In this document: positions 59,884 through 64,000 of the stretch, one piece after another
How the letters are laid out: each line of letters opens with the position of its first letter
How positions within the stretch are numbered: position 1 is the stretch's first letter
Assembly: GCA_021613535.1 (NCBI GenBank)
Contig: CP075492.1
Span: 2,604,001 to 2,668,000, forward strand
Source of the DNA: Adineta vaga
Taxonomy: Eukaryota; Animalia; Rotifera
Length of the DNA: 64,000 nt
Reading direction: 5' to 3'
The notes under the pieces: model-generated
Told to the model about the DNA's origin: nothing
What the model saw: only the letters and a program-made list of their open reading frames with translations
The model's database searches: none
Position numbers and translations under genes: made by a program

Positions 59884-62800
59884 TCATGAGTCACAAATAT
59901 TTAAAAGAACAGATAAATCACCATCGGCAAGATTTGTCACAACTAAATCGAGTTTATTATCATTATTAAGATCAGCGACTTTCAAAGACGATGGACCAGA
60001 ACCAGTTTGATATGTATTTTGAACTGATAATATTCCATTATCCTCACCTAATAATAAACTGAGAGTTTTATCATCAACATTAATGACTGCTAGATCCAAT
60101 TTGTTATCATTATTGAAATCTTTTGCAATCATCGAATCAGGCGATCGACCAACCATATAGTTGCGTGCTAATACAAATGTTCCATTCCCATTCCCATATA
60201 AAATACTAACCATATTATCCCATTGATTAGCTATTGCCAAATCCATTTTGAAATCATTATTAAAATCAGTTGATATGACAGCAGCAATGTATCGACCAAA
60301 AATATAATCATTTGAAGCTTGGAACGTTCCATTGCCGTTTCCCAACAAAACACTGATAGTGAAATGGAAATAATTGGTAACGACTATATCTAGTTTATTA
60401 TCATTATTGAAATCAGCGGATGTTAAAGAATATGGACTTCTACCAACTTTATAATTCTTTGCCGTTTCAAACATTCCATTTCTGTTATTTAATAGGACAC
60501 TAATACTTGCTCCTTCGTAATTAGTTACAGCTAGATCTAAATGATTATCATTATTAAAATCAGCCGATATAATTGATAATGGTCGTTGACCGACATTATA
60601 GAATTTAGGACTCTGAAATGTTCCATTTGCATTTCCAAGTAATGTGCTAATTGAGTTACTACGTTGATTGGTTACGACAAGATCTAATTTCGTATCATTA
60701 TTAATATCAAATGAAATGATTGAAACTGGATAATTACCAACAGTATAACTTGTTTCAGCTTGAAATGTTCCATCACTATTTCCAAATAGTAGATTGGCAG
60801 TATCATCGCGATAATTTACTACAGCTAAATCCAATTGATTGTCCTTATCAAAATCAGCCGATGTTAAAGATGCTGGATATCGACCAACGGTATAATTTCC
60901 TTGACTAGAAAAGACTCCCTTTCCATCTCCAAGCCATATCGTAACCATATTATCAACATACAAAAGTACCGCTAAATCCAATTGATTATCCTTATTAAAA
61001 TCAGCCGATATTACACAATATGGATATCTGCCAACAGTGTACTTCTTTTGTGCTTGATAAGTTCCATTGCCATTGCCAAGCAATATACTAATAGTGCTAT
61101 CACCATAGTTGACAACGACCAAATCCTGTTTTGTATCATTATTAACATCAACTGATATTAGAGACTGTGGCATGTTACCAACATTGTAAGTATTTACAAT
61201 CTGAAAACTAGAATCTCCTTTGCCAAGTAATATACTGACTGTATTATTCTTTTGATTGCTCACTGCTAGATCTATTTTATTATCATTATTAAAATCAGTT
61301 GCTACGATAGAAGTGGGACCTGATCGAACTGCATATGTTATTTGACTATCAAATATTCCATCCCCATGACCCAATAATAAACTAATAGTATTATCATCAA
61401 AATTACTTACTGCTAAATCAAATTTACCATCATTATTAAAATCCGCTGATGTAATTGAAGTTGGTGATTGACCAACACTATAGTTCATTGGATCTCGGTA
61501 AGTTCCATCTGGATTAGCGAGTAGAACATTAACATTATTATCATCATAATTAACTACTGCTAAATCTAATCTACTATCATTATTAAAATCTATTGCTATA
61601 GTATCGATCGGATGTCGACCAACGGCATAGTTCTGTATAGTCTGAAAGCTTGCATTACCATTTCCAAGCATGATACTAATCGTATCATTATATTGATTAG
61701 TGACAAGAAGATCCATATTATTATCATTATTTAAATCATATGACAAAACAGAAATTGGACCACGACCAAGAGTATATAACCATGGATATTTGAAAGCACC
61801 ACGTCCATCACCAAATAAAACCGTGACAGAACTAGTTTGTCGATTCGTCACTACAATATCGATTTCTTGATTGTTTCTGAAGTGACCTAGTGTTGCAGAG
61901 GATGGAGCAATTCCCACATTATATTTTTTCGATGCTTCAAAAGGTCGTTTACAAACAGATTCTAGACATATTGTATGATTATAATAAAAGGCACATTAAG
62001 AAGAATAAAATCTTACTTAAGTTTCTAGTTCCTAATACAGACCCAAGACTAATTGCCGTAATGCATAGAAGAGTTATGAAGCCTATTGGAATAATAAATC
62101 TTTTCTTTCGATACCAAGAACGTCTTATAAATCGAATAACAAACTTACAGTATTTAAAAATGTAATGTAAAACTTACTCATTTTTCGGATAAAGACATGC
62201 GCCTGGAAATGGAAGTTCTAAGAGTACTTCGTCAGGTATAATTTGTTTCAAATGAATAATATGAAGATCAGGTGCTGGACTAAATTGTGATTGAACAATC
62301 ATTTGAGTGCCAGGTAAAAGAAGAACTTCATTTTCATTAACAAAATGTGAATGAGCACGTATATCTCGACCATTTAATGCTTCAACAGAGAATAATGTTC
62401 GTTTACCATCATCACCCAAGTACATATTATTTTGTAAGACGGGTAATGATGTTGTACATGATGTGAAACTCCACCAGATAACTGATGTACCAGGTGGAAA
62501 TAGAGCACTTAAATCTTTGGTTACACCACGCCAAATAACAAGTGGAGGAACGCATGGTAATTTTGTGAGTGCAGTTAGAAATAGTTTTAAATATTTCAAA
62601 TAAGGTCGTAGTTTGACACGTGCTTCCGTTTTTAATGTTTGATTGAGCATTGAATAGAGACTGTATTGGTTATTTTCCCATTCAAGTGTATATAAATGAA
62701 TAGCAGCACTCTCATCAATTGTCAATCCATTAGGTGGAGATTTTGATGTTGCATTTAATGCTTGTTGAACATAAATTGATAAATTATCAATAAGAGTGAT

Positions 62801-63160
62801 CAATGGAGCACATGCTTCTGTTAAAGTTACTAAAGGTTCTTCGGCATAACCAACAATAGGTCCAAGATTTGCTACTGTATCATTGATAGCATTCATTTGT
62901 TTAAGAATTACATCATTTGGAATCACTTGCACTCCTCGATTAGTTGTTGGTTTTAATTGATTCGGTTTCATATTTGATCTGTAGTGTAAATTGATATTGC
63001 CTTTGTCTACTATCGGTTGTTTATCATGGGAAAATTCATCGCCAAGTGTAGTATCTTGTAATTCAAACTGATTTTCATGAGATGTAATCATTATTATTGT
63101 CGATTGTGATACAATAAAAAAACAACTAAATATATCTACTTTGAATCGTATTATCAACAT
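59884..63160 (-). CDS. Receptor-like ART: cytoplasmic ADP-ribosyltransferase, TM helix, 14 FG-GAP/VCBS repeats; exons 63160-62178, 62123-62017, 61961-59884 (1055 aa from ATG 63160; ATG 63091 is an alternative start)
   Basis: IWRGV, FTSCT, ENEVLLLPG; 54- and 55-bp GT-AG introns join in phase; middle exon RSWYRKKRFIIPIGFITLLCITAISLGSVLG; 49-aa repeats ADFNNDxKLDLAVxN...GNGDGTF. Confidence 0.85.
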
Positions 63161-63502
63161 AAAAGGAATATTTTTTTGTTCTTACAATGATTATTGGTTC
63201 GCTACTAATTACCTTTATTCAAAAGATATGATGATAGAAAAGAATAGAAAATGCACTGCAAGTATTTTATCACATGAGTAATATCGATTATTGAGTATAT
63301 ATTCACAGAGGACATAAATTATATGTATAAGATAAATTATTTGAATAAACAGAATCAAAAACAATTTCATAATGTAAATTTTACTTTGAATATGAGATCA
63401 AAGATATGAGCTCGATCATTCCTTCTTCAAAGTTTAAACTGAAGCATACATGTTTTAAATGGTTTATTTCAAATTTAGTGTTTTACTTAATTTATTTCAT
63501 AT

Positions 63503-64000
63503 TTATATTTTTCGACAACACAGTCGTTGATATATAATGAATAGTTTTTGTTTGATTATTTTGCGCAAATCTGGATATTGACATAGAGATGCAAATGGAA
63601 AAAGAAATACAACGAAATAACCAAAGTAAAAGAAATAAAGTTCAGGTTGAATACCAAAATCAGGTGGTAAACCAAATTGACGAAGAAGTGGAATAAAAAA
63701 TATTGGTGTATTTAAAATAATATTCAAACCTGAAACTAAAGTTAACTGAATAATCATTCGTCGTTGTTTCGACCATCGATTCGACTGACGAAGACGTCGT
63801 TTTTGTCGATATACACGTATTACAAGACCTATACTAAAAATAGCTTCTAAAAAAATTGGTAAACAACTATTTCCAATAAATTCCCACATGCCATAAATAC
63901 CATAAGATTGATAACAAGGTGAAGCACCACATACGGGTACAGTGTAAATATAAATACTTTCACATGGTAAAAAGAAATTTACAATGGTATAAAATATGCA
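63503..64000 (-). CDS. Class A GPCR, 3' part (5' end outside the window)
   Basis: Frame open to the window edge; TM5-7, RVYRQKRRLRQSNRWSKQRRMIIQL, FLFPFASL. Confidence 0.75.
   Translation of the reverse strand, partial: CIFYTIVNFFLPCESIYIYTVPVCGASPCYQSYGIYGMWEFIGNSCLPIFLEAIFSIGLVIRVYRQKRRLRQSNRWSKQRRMIIQLTLVSGLNIILNTPIFFIPLLRQFGLPPDFGIQPELYFFYFGYFVVFLFPFASLCQYPDLRKIIKQKLFIIYQRLCCRKI

Noticed and set aside
1-64000. Prokaryotic origin, operons, CRISPR arrays, rRNA or tRNA genes
   Set aside because: Spliceosomal introns throughout; no regularly spaced repeat-spacer array; no recognisable structural RNA gene

Overview
This is AT-rich eukaryotic DNA with many short (about 50-70 bp) GT-AG introns. 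The gene families (intronless rhodopsin-like GPCRs, giant LDLa/EGF-GPCRs, ADP-ribosyltransferase(ART)-TPR proteins, F-box/LRR proteins, many genes resembling bacterial, fungal or viral families) fit a bdelloid rotifer; this is inferred from content only. About 30 genes or pseudogenes can be reconstructed, several missed or split by the ORF track. It reads as a defence/sensing-rich accessory region with many candidate foreign genes and disabled copies. Main observations: (1) a spliced receptor-like gene joining a cytoplasmic ART domain, one TM helix and 14 extracellular FG-GAP/VCBS repeats, among four ART genes of different architecture; (2) about 15 dispersed telomere-like TGAGGG/TGTGGG palindromes, mostly at gene boundaries; (3) an intron-containing poxvirus-VP39-type cap 2'-O-methyltransferase; (4) a 1.4-kb palindrome carrying two CX3C-CX3C secreted peptides differing only in their loop; (5) an inverted repeat whose arms together rebuild a minimal Penelope-type hammerhead ribozyme; (6) a TIR-NACHT-HEAT NLR with one premature stop; (7) a hAT MITE with an 8-bp target duplication. 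All family assignments come from motif recognition by eye; no database search was run.
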